DNA of 63,945 bases, filler included, from Olpidium bornovanus S191 (GCA_017911155.1; 26 parts of 26 records of this genome joined end to end with filler, not necessarily neighbours in it), one strand, 5' to 3'. Counted from the whole stretch's first letter, positions 12,423 through 24,316 are shown. Notes: generated by a model not told the origin, from the sequence alone. Numbers and translations are program-made.

Positions 12423-13069
12423 TGCTGCCACTTGTCTTGACATTAGTGTCTCGACAGACCTTCATCCTGACTGCTCTTCAACGCGTCCTTAAAAACGCTA
12501 GGCTCCTCGTAGCGCTCCTCAAAGCATCTCCACTACCGGCGACTCTGCCGAAGCCGGCGCCGCTATCGCGGTGCGGGTGCGGCTGCCGACGTTCGGGGCG
12601 CCTCCACCAAAACTGCCGCGCCTCCGCCGAAGCCGGCGCCGAGCCCCGGGGTGTGCGCCAACGCGCCCTCCGGTGCGGGTGCGGTATGCCGACGCCGACG
12701 TGCTCTCTGGTGCGCTTTCCGATTCGCCTTTCCGACGTGCTCTTAAGCGAGCCCCTCGCCCGGTGGGCTGGGCGGCCTTCCCTGGGGGGAAAACCCTCCC
12801 CGCAAGGTCGCGTGCGCTCACGGGTGAATTCGCGCTTCGCTCACACCAAACCAGAACAGCGCACACTCGCGGACCTACCAATGGCCACGACGCCGTCAGG
12901 GTTCACCATAAGTCGACCGGCATTCTACCACGTCCACAGCTATCCGTAGCAAGTTTAAGTCGTGCCCATGAGCGCCACGTCGCGAGGCTCTCGCTCCCAG
13001 TCCTTGACATTGCTTTCGCCTCGGAGATAAGATTTATATACGGCACTAATATTAAGAAATAACACTTCT

Positions 13070-13783
13070 AATATTAAACCTTGCCAGCTGGAGCTGCATG
13101 ACCAGGTCCTTGACACGAAGGACGAAACGGTCGAACGTCTTCTCGCTGCCCATCTCGACCGTGCACAGCTCCCTCTTCTGTGTGAGACATGTGGTCGCGC
13201 CGAAACAGTCGAGGTGTCGTTCTAGCGCTTTCCATGCCTCACGTGCTTTCTCCCTATGGTCGTGACGCTCCCGTGAAGGTCTTCCACATGCAAAGATGCC
13301 CAGTGCCTCCGCGTTGTCGGCGAAGCGCGTCCCCGTCACGTTCCGGTGGCCGTGGTCTGTCGCCGCCGACCAGCCGCCACTTGCGCTTGCGCATAAGCGC
13401 AGCTCGCAGTTTCAGCTTCCATGACAGCCAGTTACCTTCGTCTAACTGTGCCATCGCGAGCAGCACTCCGCCGCTGTACACCGGAGCGTCGTCCACGGTC
13501 GTCGTCATTTGGGGGGCCGGTGCCGGCACCGTTAGGCCCTTTCGCAAAGCTTTCTTTCGCGCGGTCGTGGTCCGTGACGGGTTGAGCGCGCTGCCTCCAA
13601 GCCCTACGCCGCGGCTCTCCTGCGGCGCCCCGTGGCGTACGCTCTTTTCCCACATTGCGGCGCTCTCACGGACAGGGCGCCGTTGGGCTCGTAACCTGTT
13701 GTTTTGGAGGCTGCGCGGAAGCGTTGCGCATTTTGTCTGTTCTTCGAACTGGCGTTACCGACCCCATCTATTCACCGTCAACA
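13070..13783 (-). mobile_element. Ty1/copia 5' end: short LTR, primer-binding site and frameshifted gag
   Basis: Putative LTR 13697-13783 (TGTTG...CAACA) followed directly by GGTTACGAGCCC (13685-13696). Gag shows LDEGNWLSWKLKLRAALMRKRKWRLV (DUF4219-like) and AREAWKALERHL...KRELCTVEM...FVLRVKDLVMQL (UBN2-like). Confidence 0.82.
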
Positions 13784-14318
13784 CGCCGACACCAACGCTT
13801 CTGCGTGATGAGGCGTGCCGAAAGAGGAAGTACGCCGTTCCTGCGGGCAACTACCAAAAACCTCGAATGGAAATCGATATGGCAAAGCGAGACTCGACGT
13901 GATTCGGGGGCTTATACTGTTTCGACTACTTCGGGTTATGTATTCGGGTTATGCGTGCATGCCGCACGCCACGAATCCCCCTAGCTGGATATTTCTTCTC
14001 CTTTCTTCTCTCCTCCTCCCATATTTCTTCGGTTTCACTCCCCGCAACGTAGGTTCTTAATCATCCGCGCGAAACCGCNNNNNNNNNNNNNNNNNNNNNN
14101 NNNNNNNNNNNNNNNNNNNNNNTTAATTAATTAANNNNNNNNNNNNNNNNNNNNNNNNNNNNNNNNNNNNNNNNNNNNGATTTTTCTCGAACTTGTTTGA
14201 TTTTTCATGGCAAAGCTTGTATGCAGGGTGCTGCTTGCGGCCCGGCCCGTCCAAGGCGGGTGTCCTTGTGGCCGGCACTGAAACATTACGTCGGCTTGGG
14301 ACAATAAAACTATTTGCC

Positions 14319-14462
14319 GCACGAATTATGTTATCAGCGGCTCTAATTACCAGTGTCTGCTGCACGAATCATGCCGCTGCAGAGATTACACTGTCCATGG
14401 TGCGAATTATACTGTCCGCTTGCCAGAATTATGCTGTTCATGGCCCAAATTGTACTGTCCTC
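14319..14462. repeat. Degenerate minisatellite, period about 21 bp, about 7 copies
   Basis: Core AATTAT(A/G)CTGTCC recurs every 18-22 bp. Confidence 0.6.
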
Positions 14463-15347
14463 GGCCCTTGAAGCTGCTTGGTAACTCGGCAAACCGTCAA
14501 ACCAGGGGCAGCAGGGCCAGGTTGTTCACCCGGTCCGAATAAATGTGTCCGTTACCCGAATTGCCTTCCTGTTTCCTCCAGGTGGGGCGGTTGCCGTCCC
14601 AGATTAAAAGGATCAGAGCGCACGGCAGCAAGACCCCCCTACTCACTTAAAGCGCAATGGGCGAACGCCTGAAAGGGACACCCCCCGAAGCACTAAGGGG
14701 ACATTGCAAGAGAGGGACCCTCTTGAGAATGGACCCAATGAAAATCACAAAAACGCATTACGAAGCCGCGGCTCTTCATGGACAGACAACAGCTCGTTAA
14801 CTTCGAGCGATACTCAAACACGCCGCCCGAGATTACGGCGCCGGTTCCAACAAAACATGAGAAAACCGCCAAACCGCCTGCAAAAACGCTGGCGAGAGAT
14901 AAGCCGGATGGGCGTAAACCCGCGCATGAAAAACGCGAGCGAGCGACGTGTGCTGAGATCGTCGCGCGGTGCTATTTGGAGTCCCTGCACAGGGGAATTT
15001 ACATTTGGTGAAGCAAATGCCGTCAGGCGGTCGAGCGCGGCTCTGAAGTCGGTAAATGCACGCTTGGAGACAGCGAAAACGCTCGCAACATTGACGACGA
15101 CAACTAGCGCGTAACAGCTGGCCCAATTAGATGCGTTCAAGGATCGCTGAAGCAAAATGTGCCACAGCATCGGTTAGAACGACGAATGTGGCTAAAGGAA
15201 TCCTGCACGCCTGCCCAGCTAAGCCCTGTTCGCAATAAAGATATCGTATTCGACGGAATACGTATTATAAATAAAAGGCGTCGCCGTCAGGCCTCGTTGA
15301 CAAAAATCGACTGACCATTAATATCTAGTTACCTGCAACCTATGCAT

Positions 15348-16772
15348 CTACTCGCCTCCCGTTCCCTGTCGTGCACGCTTCAACCTTCTCCACTGTCAAA
15401 GCCAAAACAACTTGTTTATCTGGAAATATTCCAAGTGGCTCTCAAAAGAAACTGCAGGACGACTCCCGCAAAAACTAACCAGTACTCCGCAAGCGTTGTA
15501 TGAGCGACCAGAAATCAAGTAATCAAGGCTCTTTCGAGATTTGTTGTCCGATCTCGCAAATTCGACGACAGCTGCAATCTCGTTGGCAGACCACCTCCTC
15601 TTTGGCACTAAGCGTATAAAACATTTAATTTGTCTCTAAAGTCCACACGACGCTGGCCACTTCTCTCCTTAACTCTGAGCAGCTTACAACGGCGAACCTC
15701 GTTCCTCGTCCCCATACTTGCGGGAAGGTTTGTCCGCTGCCACGGGATCGCCGGAGATTTATATTCGCCGTGGATTGCTTTGTACTTATTGTAGAGGCTG
15801 TTTGCCGTTCTCCCCGGGAAGAACTTTTCCGCAAGATTCTTCCAGTAGACTTTGCCTCTGGACTTCAAGCTCTGTGAAACGACCTCGGTCAGACGGTCCG
15901 TTTCAGCCAACGTGAAGCGGCGGCCCAGAGATTTTTCTCCCAAGGTGCCCATTTTCCTCCGGCAAGATTGAACTGTTCTCCGGAGTTCTTCCGCGACACT
16001 TTCCCAATTGAGGCGCCGCTGCCCCATCCGCAATTCTAGCCGTTCGATCTCCTCATCTGACCACCGGCACCATTTCCTGGAGATGCGGGTTGCGCGTTGC
16101 GACCTCACCAAATCCCAAAACTTGCCCTGAAGAGCCGTAGGGCTCCGTCCCGGAAAATAGGCAGCCAATTCCGTCCAGCACACTCTGCCGTGCGTCTCCA
16201 GTTGGTCGTTAACCATTTTAACAAGGCTTTCTACGTCGGCTGTCAACCAAGCGTTGACTCTGTGATTGTGGCCTTGGATAGCCTGACGATTTGCTCGGCT
16301 TGCCAGCTCCGACTGTTGCCTTCTGATCTTGCCTTTCAGAGCCTGCGAGGTTCGTCCCGGGAAACACACAGATAATCCTGTCCAATTAATCCTCTTATGG
16401 GTCGCCCGTCGGTGGTTGACCATTTTAACTAGTCGCTCGCTCTCGCAGGTCGACCAGGAAGTGTAGCGTCTGCGACCAACAAGCGCGTGCCGCGGCAAAG
16501 CGCGCCTGGCGGGGCTGTTCCGCGCGTCGAAACGTGCCCCAACGAGCGTCGAACCTTTGGCCTGTGGTTGAAATCTCACCGATAAACGAGCGGCTCCCGG
16601 TGAGTTTAACAATCTCGCGCGTTTTGACGTCAGTCCAGAAAACGCGCGTGGGCTCGTTTCTGACCAGCGCAAATTCCCGTTTCCTGCGGTCTGGAGTTTC
16701 CCGGCGGACCCTCCCCCACGGCAGCGAACCGCGCCAGAGCAAGGTCGCGCGCGGCACCGTTTTGATCATCAT
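15348..16772 (-). CDS. Protein with five Myb/SANT-like repeats, 403 aa
   Basis: Exons 16772-16730, 16683-15688, 15607-15480 and 15392-15348 join in phase. Repeats have the form W..e...L...V......W..la..fpGRs...l..k(w/y). Confidence 0.8.
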
Positions 16773-17482
16773 GCCGTCTGGGCGGTGCCTATGGAGTCGG
16801 CGGCGTGACGGGGGAAGGGCGGGGGGGGGGAAGGGTGTGCGCGGACTTCACCCGGACGTTCAGCGCGAGTGTGGTGTAAACACCCACGCACACAAACAAA
16901 CAACATCCCGCCCTTCCACCCCGCTGAGAGTCGCGGTCAACGGGAGTTCGAAGGCGCGAGAGCACCGTGTGCTTGCTTCCAGGCGCCAAAATTGTCGTAG
17001 CCTTTTTCGACATTTCTTGATCCAGGCTGTATATGTATATGGCAGACTCTACGACAGAATTGCTATGTGAAGTAAACGCTCCCCNNNNNNNNNNNNNNNN
17101 NNNNNNNNNNNNNNNNNNNNNNNNNNNNTTAATTAATTAANNNNNNNNNNNNNNNNNNNNNNNNNNNNNNNNNNNNNNNNNNNNGGCTGAGAAAACGCAG
17201 CGGGCTGCCCCGGCGGGAGGCCCGGCTCCGGAGAAAAAAAATAGGAAGGCCGCAGGGGGCCCTGTCCGAACCCCCCCTTGATGCCCTCGGCCCGCCCCTG
17301 TCCGACGGCCCAAAAAAAAAAAAAAAAAAAAAAATAAATAAAAAGGAGGGAGGGGGTGGAGATTCCCGCGCGTCAGCATCGTCGCCACGGTCCCTTTGCG
17401 GCCCGCAACCCACGCCTTCCGGCGTTGGTCGGGGATCGAAGGGGAAGGGCGGGGAAAGGGGCGCAAACCCTCTTCCTCTCAC

Positions 17483-17633
17483 CTGACAGGTCGTTGCCGA
17501 CCGCGGGCTTTTCGCCGTGGCGGATAATGAGGACCGTCCTCGCTTCGGCGGCGAAGCGAGGGGCGCCGGCGAAGAATGACGGCACGAACGACGAGGCGAC
17601 GGCCAAACGGAGCCTCCCCGCGGGCAGGCGCAT
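17483..17633 (-). CDS. Histidine phosphatase (phosphoglycerate mutase superfamily) protein, first exon
   Basis: ATG at 17633, RTVLIIRHGEKP..GNDLS (RHG catalytic motif), then a GTGAG donor. The rest is not recoverable before the contig ends. Confidence 0.75.
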
Positions 17634-18871
17634 CTCGCGTTCGGTGGTTTTCGGGCTCCCGGCGTAAAGGTCGAAAGCAGCGCGAGGTCTTTTTTTTTTT
17701 TTTTTTTTTCCTCCCTACTTTCTCCTCAGAAACTGTGAGAAAAATTGTTCGTTTCTCCGAAACACAAATTTAGACCGGTGAATTGATGGATTTTGGGCCC
17801 CCCCCGCTACGCTTTCCCCCCCCCCCCCCCGCACACACGCCACTCGCGCGCGCAGCCGCGCCTAAAAATACACGCGCGCGCGGGCGGCCGCGCCCACAGA
17901 TTCGCCGGAGTAAATAATTGGTCCATTGGATGCTGCTTGTCAATCCCCAATATCACGTGCAGCCCCGCGCGCGCAGACTCACTCGCGCACGACTTGCAGC
18001 CGCCGATGATTTTTCTGTTGCTGCCGGCAAACCCAGCGGGCCCGCCTAGAAGGAAAAACGCCGCGAGGGCAACGCTGATAACCTCCTGTCGAGAGCGCCT
18101 CAGGAGAACGTGGGGGAGGGGGGGAAGGAGGGTGCGGGTACGTTGAGCGCGCAGTCGCGACAGCAGCGCTGTTTTCTTATTTTATCTTTTTTTTTAGGTG
18201 GCGGGGCGCACGCCGCAGTGAGGGCGGGACGCCGTATGGGGAGGGGGAAGGGGGTGAAGGTGACGGGAGGGCTATATGCCGTGGACCCTTCGGGAGCGGT
18301 GGTATTTCTCAAACTTGTCCGTCCGCGGGCGCTCGCTCTTCGACCTGGCCGGATCCGTCGCGCCAAGCAAGTTTGCGAGCAGCTCGTCCGAGGGCTGGCG
18401 TTTCGCTGGCGGGCGTGCGGCGCGCGCGCGCGCGAGCGTGGACGCGTGTTGCGGCGGGGCGCGAACGCGACGGGAGGAGGGCGTCAAGAGAGAACGGAGA
18501 GCGAGGGGAGTTTGGATTTTCGGGATTGGAAGAAAGAAAGAAACGAAAAGAAAGAACGAAAAGAAAGGAAGGAAGGAAGAACGAAAAGAAAAAAAAGAAA
18601 GAGCGGAAAAAGGACGCTTGAACGACGCGCGGAAAATGGCGGGGGAAACGGACGCCGGCAGAAAGAAAAACAAAAACATTACAAGTCCGGAGAGAGGTAG
18701 GAGGAGGGGGAGGTGGTGGTGGTGGTGGTGGGGGGTGGGGGGGGGGGGGGGGGAGGAAGGGAAAAAAAAAANNNNNNNNNNNNNNNNNNNNNNNNNNNNN
18801 NNNNNNNNNNNNNNNTTAATTAATTAANNNNNNNNNNNNNNNNNNNNNNNNNNNNNNNNNNNNNNNNNNNN

Positions 18872-18938
<67 letters not shown>

Positions 18939-18985
18939 GGCCCTAGAGAGAGAGAGAGAGCGCGAGAGAGAGATAGAGAGAGAGA
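18872..18985. repeat. Poly-A tract of about 64 nt followed by (AG)n
   Basis: Seen directly at the contig start. Confidence 0.9.
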
Positions 18986-19896
18986 AGGGAAAGACCCCGT
19001 TTCGTCACGTGATCCCCTCGCGCAGCAGCTTTTGGCCCCCCCACCCCCGACGACCCCACCCCCGACACCCCCCACTCACCACACACTCACCCCCCGCGCG
19101 ACCCAGGCCCTCCTCCTCCTCCTCCCGCCGTCCTCCGGTCTTCGGGGCCGCGTGCTCGCGAAACCGCCCGCGGCGAAAAAAAAAAAACGGACCGGCTCCC
19201 CGCCGCCCTGCGTTTCGCAGCACCCGTCCCGTGTCGTGAAGCGCACAGGGGCTGTGGTGTGAGCTGTGTGTCTGGGCGTACGTCACCTCGGTCTGTCGGG
19301 GAAGGTGGGAGGGGGGGGGGAAAGACCGAAGAAGAAAAAGAGATAACAAAAAAAAAAAGTCCCTGCGTCATGTGTAGACCCGCGAACGAAAACAAACGGT
19401 GCCGAGGACAAAGTAAAGCGGGAGGTAGAGGTGTATTGAAAAAGAAGAAGAAAAGAAAGAAAGAAAAAAAATACATATGACCTCCAGGGAAATTGCATAT
19501 TTGACGGGAACGGCCCGACAAGGAGGAGAAAAGGATCCCAAACCAGCAAAAACACGCCGTGCGCTGCCTGGGGTCTGGAGGGAGCAGGAGAGGGCTGAGG
19601 CGCGGCTTCACCCGCTGCGAGAAAACAGGCGGGAAAAACCGTTCTCAGCGAGCGAACGAATGAATGACAACGGAACATTCCCCACCCCCGTTTCCCCAAC
19701 ACCCTTAGAGGGTGTGGGCGAGAGGGAGGGGGGGGAAGAGGGAGGGTCAATACGCTCCGCAAATTGCAAGCCCGGGCCACCCTGTACAGAACCTCGCGCG
19801 GAACTCAAACGGAACGAATATTACATTACGCGAACACGTCGGGAGGTCGAGGGGAGGAGGGAAGGAGGTGTCCGAATCCGCCGTTTTCCGGTGCTT

Positions 19897-21146
19897 CTAT
19901 AGGTACACCTTCTTCACCTCGCCTCCTGCGAACGCGAGCCCGCAAGTCGGGCACTTGCGCTCTCTCCGCTGCTGGCACTCGTCAATGCACTGCTTGCAGA
20001 ATAAGTGCATGCACCGCATCAGGCACACTTCCTTGATCCGGCTGTCGCACACGCGACACCGGACCATTTTCTGTTGAGGAAAGAGAGGAAAAAGGGGGGA
20101 GAGAGTGGGGGAAGGGGGGGGGGGAAGGACGACACCGGGCGGGCAACCGAGGCAATTTAGTCATCGTTCGCACGTCGTCCTCGCAAGTCCGCTTGCCCAA
20201 AACAGTTGTGAGTGGTAAACTCGTGGCAAACCCACCCTGTACTCGTGGTACATTTGCTTCTCGAGATCGTCGTCCTGCGAGGACGAACCGCCGGCGGCGT
20301 TCTGCTTCGCCCCTGCAGCTTCCAGCTTTTTCCGCAGGCGATCCGACTCCTCCTGGACCCTCCGCCGCTCGTGCGCCTGCGTCTCGGCCTCGGCGGTGCG
20401 GTCGCGGAGCGCGCTCTCCATCGCCGCAAAACGCGCTTCCGAGCGTGACAGCCTGTCCTTGACTTCGGTGAAGTGGTGCTGAGACTCCGCCAGCTTCGCC
20501 TTGTGCGTCGACAGCGCCGACCGCGTTGCGGCCAGCTCACGCTCGAGCGTCGTCTGATTTGTTGATTTGAGGCAATCAACCGAGGGCCAGTGGTGGGCAA
20601 GGGCAAAATGAGCACGTAATCCCAACACGCCCCTGTGATTGTGGCTTTCCGCATTTTTTTTTGTTTTGTTGTCCTGTGCAGACTAGAATCACCCACCAGC
20701 TGGAGATTGAGGTTTTTCTCTCTCTCCTCCATCCGCTGGACCTGTTCTAGGAGCTTCTCCGATTGCCGACGCGCATTCTGCACGAGCTGCGCTTGAGCCT
20801 CCTTCTGCTTGCCAACCTCCCGCCACTTCTGCTCTGCCCTCGTTTTCTGCGCACCCGAAAAGCAAAAACCGAAACCGGGTCCGGTGGGCAAACCCGCCGT
20901 ACGCAAAAGGCTTTTAGTAGGCCACAACTCTGTCTCCGAAGAGTGGTCCCGCTCCCGGCACAGGCAGCGCCGAAGGTAAAAATCGACTAAATGCGCGGCC
21001 GCACCTCCGCGAGCGTCTTCACGATCATGTCCTCCTTTTGCGCGAGGTCGAGCACCTTGCGCGAGTTCTGCTCTTCCAGCTGGGAGTAAGCTTGGCAGAT
21101 GCTTTCAAACTCTTTCTGAAAGGTTTTCTCGCCCTGCACGCGGCGG
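19897..21146 (-). CDS. BRE1: E3 ubiquitin ligase BRE1 (histone H2B), C-terminal part
   Basis: Coiled-coil exons (FESICQAYSQLEEQNSRKVLDLAQKEDMIVK) ending in the terminal RING CRVCDSRIKEVCLMRCMHLFCKQCID...RERKCPTCGLAF, then stop. Confidence 0.92.
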
Positions 21147-21246
21147 NNNNNNNNNNNNNNNNNNNNNNNNNNNNNNNNNNNNNNNNNNNNTTAATTAATT
21201 AANNNNNNNNNNNNNNNNNNNNNNNNNNNNNNNNNNNNNNNNNNNN

Positions 21247-21963
21247 CATGTTACCGCATATAGCTGCATCGGCGGCAGCCCGGGGATGATCGCTGGGGGA
21301 AAGCAGCGTGTCCTCGCGAGGCAGCGTCAGTCTAGCCTGGCCAGCTGTAACCCGGGCAATTCTGTTCACCCCAACGGCCCTTCCCGCTCGACGAGCCCTT
21401 ATAATTCTTTGCCGGCCGTTTTTGATGACGCGAACGCCGCAGCCCGTCCGCCTACTGGAGTCTTTTACCCCGTGTTCGCCCATCGCCGCACTGCCGACGC
21501 CAGCGGTGCCCCGCAGACGTCCACCGACGACCCTCCCGATTCGGACGCGCGGTCTCTTCGCTGCGGGGAAACCGCACCGCCCAAACACGCCGCGGATAAC
21601 GCCGCCGGTTCGAGGGCGGCCCGGAAGGAGGCGTTTGGCGACCCGTTCGCCTTGGCGCTCGTCACGTGCGCAATGCCGAGGGAGACCGGCCCGTTTTCCG
21701 CCTTCCTGGCCGCGGACGCCGGCGACGCCGACGTGCTCGGCAGCCTCGGCGCGGTGCCTGACGAGATCGCGAGCGGAGTCACGTTCGCGCCGCCGGACCC
21801 CAAGCTGGAGGCTGCCACGCTGGCTTGGATGCGTCAGGGCTCCGCGGGAGTGTACGACGGCTCTGGGCCCGAGACATGCTTTTATTCCCGGCGCTGCCCG
21901 CAGCCCGCGGCGCAACCGTTCCTCTCGAGCATTCTGAAGAGTGACCGCCACATACACGTCTGA
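21247..21963 (+). CDS. Hypothetical protein, C-terminal fragment
   Basis: Frame open from near the contig start to TGA at 21963 with coding-like composition. No family recognised. Confidence 0.4.
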   Translation, partial: HVTAYSCIGGSPGMIAGGKQRVLARQRQSSLASCNPGNSVHPNGPSRSTSPYNSLPAVFDDANAAARPPTGVFYPVFAHRRTADASGAPQTSTDDPPDSDARSLRCGETAPPKHAADNAAGSRAARKEAFGDPFALALVTCAMPRETGPFSAFLAADAGDADVLGSLGAVPDEIASGVTFAPPDPKLEAATLAWMRQGSAGVYDGSGPETCFYSRRCPQPAAQPFLSSILKSDRHIHV

Positions 21964-23089
21964 CTTGGGACAGAAAATCAATCAATTTTTTTATATTTTC
22001 CAAAAACAAACAAAAAAAATTTTTTCCCGTCCTGCTTTACCTCCCCCCTGGCGACGCGCTTGCGGGGGCGCGCGCGCGCCCGCACACACGTACACACGCA
22101 CACACGCGCACGCCCACCTGCCGAGATCATTTCGGCCGCACATCACACACTCCTGACTTGACGTGGCGCGCAGGTCGCTGCTTCGCAAGGAGCCGCCGTG
22201 CGAACATCCCAAAACGACACTGGAAAAAGCCGTCGGCGATCCCGTAGGAAGCGAGGGGAGTGCTCCGGCGATTGCGCGGAAGTGGAGCTGGCGAGCGCCG
22301 AGTGTCTGGCGCCACAACGGGCGACGCTCTTGTAATCCTGTCGTTTCCGGACAGCGGGTTTCAAACGCGCCGGGGCCATGACAACAAGGGCTTCGACCGT
22401 ACTACTGCACATACCGAAATCCACCCTGCGTTTTTGCTATTTTGTCTCCCCGTGGCCATAGCAACGGGCCATGTGCATGCAATGCAGAGGCAGGAACATA
22501 GCAATAAAAGGCGCAATGTCCGCCGTGTAGCTGCATCACAAGACGCGCACCGTCAACATCTGTCACCGAACACGCAGGCTGGAGATGGTACTTGCATAAT
22601 GGCCTTAAAATGACAGCGTCCTCCTGGGCGGTGCAGAATCTGCTCATGCCCAGATAGGAATGTGCGGAACGCATTCTTCTGACAGCGGAAAGCCCGCGTA
22701 AAACCAAAACCCGGTGCCGAAAGTCCCTCGGCCGTGATTGTCGGCTACACTAGCAGGCTCGTCTCCATCCGTGGCATGTAGTTTCAAATATTGTACGAGT
22801 AGAGAAGAACGATTGAACCAGCTTGGAACCCACCCGGCCCGTCCAACAAACCGTGCAGGCAGGGGCAGAGCTGATATGGCTTCCCTGAGTTATTGACCGC
22901 CTGCGCGCCATCCCGAGGTTCGAGCTCCAATTTATTGAATGCCGTCAGGGTAGCGGCATGCGATTTCTCACCGATGAGGCGAGCACAACCGGTTCTTCCG
23001 TGGTTTAATAGCTTGAATGAGAAGTCCGCGAGCTTCGCAATCATACCCCTCTGCCGACCCTCCGTTCTTGCACAGTCGTCCGTCATTGT

Positions 23090-23151
23090 CGCCAATCAAC
23101 ATTATCGCGCACTCCATGGGCGGCCTGGATGCGCGATAATGTTGATTGGCG
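23090..23151. repeat. Perfect 22-bp inverted repeat (62-nt hairpin)
   Basis: CGCCAATCAACATTATCGCGCA (23090-23111) and its exact reverse complement (23130-23151), with an 18-nt spacer. Confidence 0.95.
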
Positions 23152-23727
23152 TGGGGTGGAGGAGGAGGAGGGGGAGGAGGAAGGCGCCTCCAACGACTCA
23201 CCGCGGCCGTCCGTGTCCACGGGTGTCAGCTTTTCCGCCATGGTACGGAGAGTCCACACCAGGCCAGAACCTCGGCTCCCCATGGGTGGAAGTCGCGGGC
23301 GTGGGTGATGGGACGAGAGGCGAGCGCTCACGGTCGCGCAGCGTCTGGACGAAGCGCAGGGTATTGCGCAGGTACGTGAGGCAGGCATGGCGCTGCGACT
23401 CCTCTGGCAATGTCGGTAGCGCAACCGCTGCTTCCGCGTTGGCGGTTCTTGCAACGGTCGCGGACGGCAGCGTTGGTGAGACGGCAATGGCGGGCGGGCG
23501 AGTCCGNNNNNNNNNNNNNNNNNNNNNNNNNNNNNNNNNNNNNNNNNNNNTTAATTAATTAANNNNNNNNNNNNNNNNNNNNNNNNNNNNNNNNNNNNNN
23601 NNNNNNGGGTGTGCCACATCTCCTCTGCGGGCGTTCTTACGTTTCAAGTCGGTGGGGGTAACAATTTCGCAGCTTCCTTACGCGGCAAATCCCATACATA
23701 CACACAAAAAGCACCTCGTTACAACAG

Positions 23728-24093
23728 TGTTGGAAAGTGGGGGCGGTACCAGCGCACGGCCCGGGTAAAACGAGTGGTTTTATGGAGAGGATTCCAGGGG
23801 TGAAAGCAGGGGCGTCGGGGGCGTGATGTGCGCAGGGCACTTTTGTTCTCCCCCCTTTTTCCAACAATAACAACCCCCCCTCGGCCCAGCTCGCTCGCAC
23901 CCGGCCCGCGCAGCGGGATTTCTCCTTCCCTCCCCCACCTCCCCTGTTGGAAAAAGGGGGGGGAGAACGAGGTGCACTGCGCACATCACGCCCCCGACGC
24001 CCCTGAATTCACCCCTGGAATCCTCTCCATAAAACCGGGTAGACCGGCGGAATACAGACGCTCTTCGGAGCTCCTTCGAGCCCGAATTCAACA
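23728..24093. mobile_element. Two related solo-LTR-like (or MITE-like) units in inverted orientation
   Basis: Unit A 23728-23866 (TGTTGGAA...TTCCAACA) and unit B 23945-24093 (TGTTG...CAACA). Segments 23776-23866 and 23945-24036 are about 91-bp inverted copies with a handful of mismatches. No clear target-site duplication. Confidence 0.6.
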
Positions 24094-24316
24094 AACCCCT
24101 CTCTCCTCCTCCTCCTCCCCCTTCCCCTTTCCACCCGGCCGGCGCGGCGTGCGTGCGTGCGCGTGTGTGTTGTGTCGAGTTCGTGCGAGCGTGCGTGCGT
24201 TGGTTGCTGGGCGCACCGGGGCCCGTTCGTCCGTCGTCCCCTCCGCTTCTCTGCTGCGGAAGAACCCAAAAAAAAGAAAAAGCAAACCGCTCCCCCGGTT
24301 TCCTCCCCCCCCGACA

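Noticed and set aside
23019-23044. IAKLADFSF as a kinase DFG-like motif
   Set aside because: No other kinase subdomains nearby and no consistent exon model.
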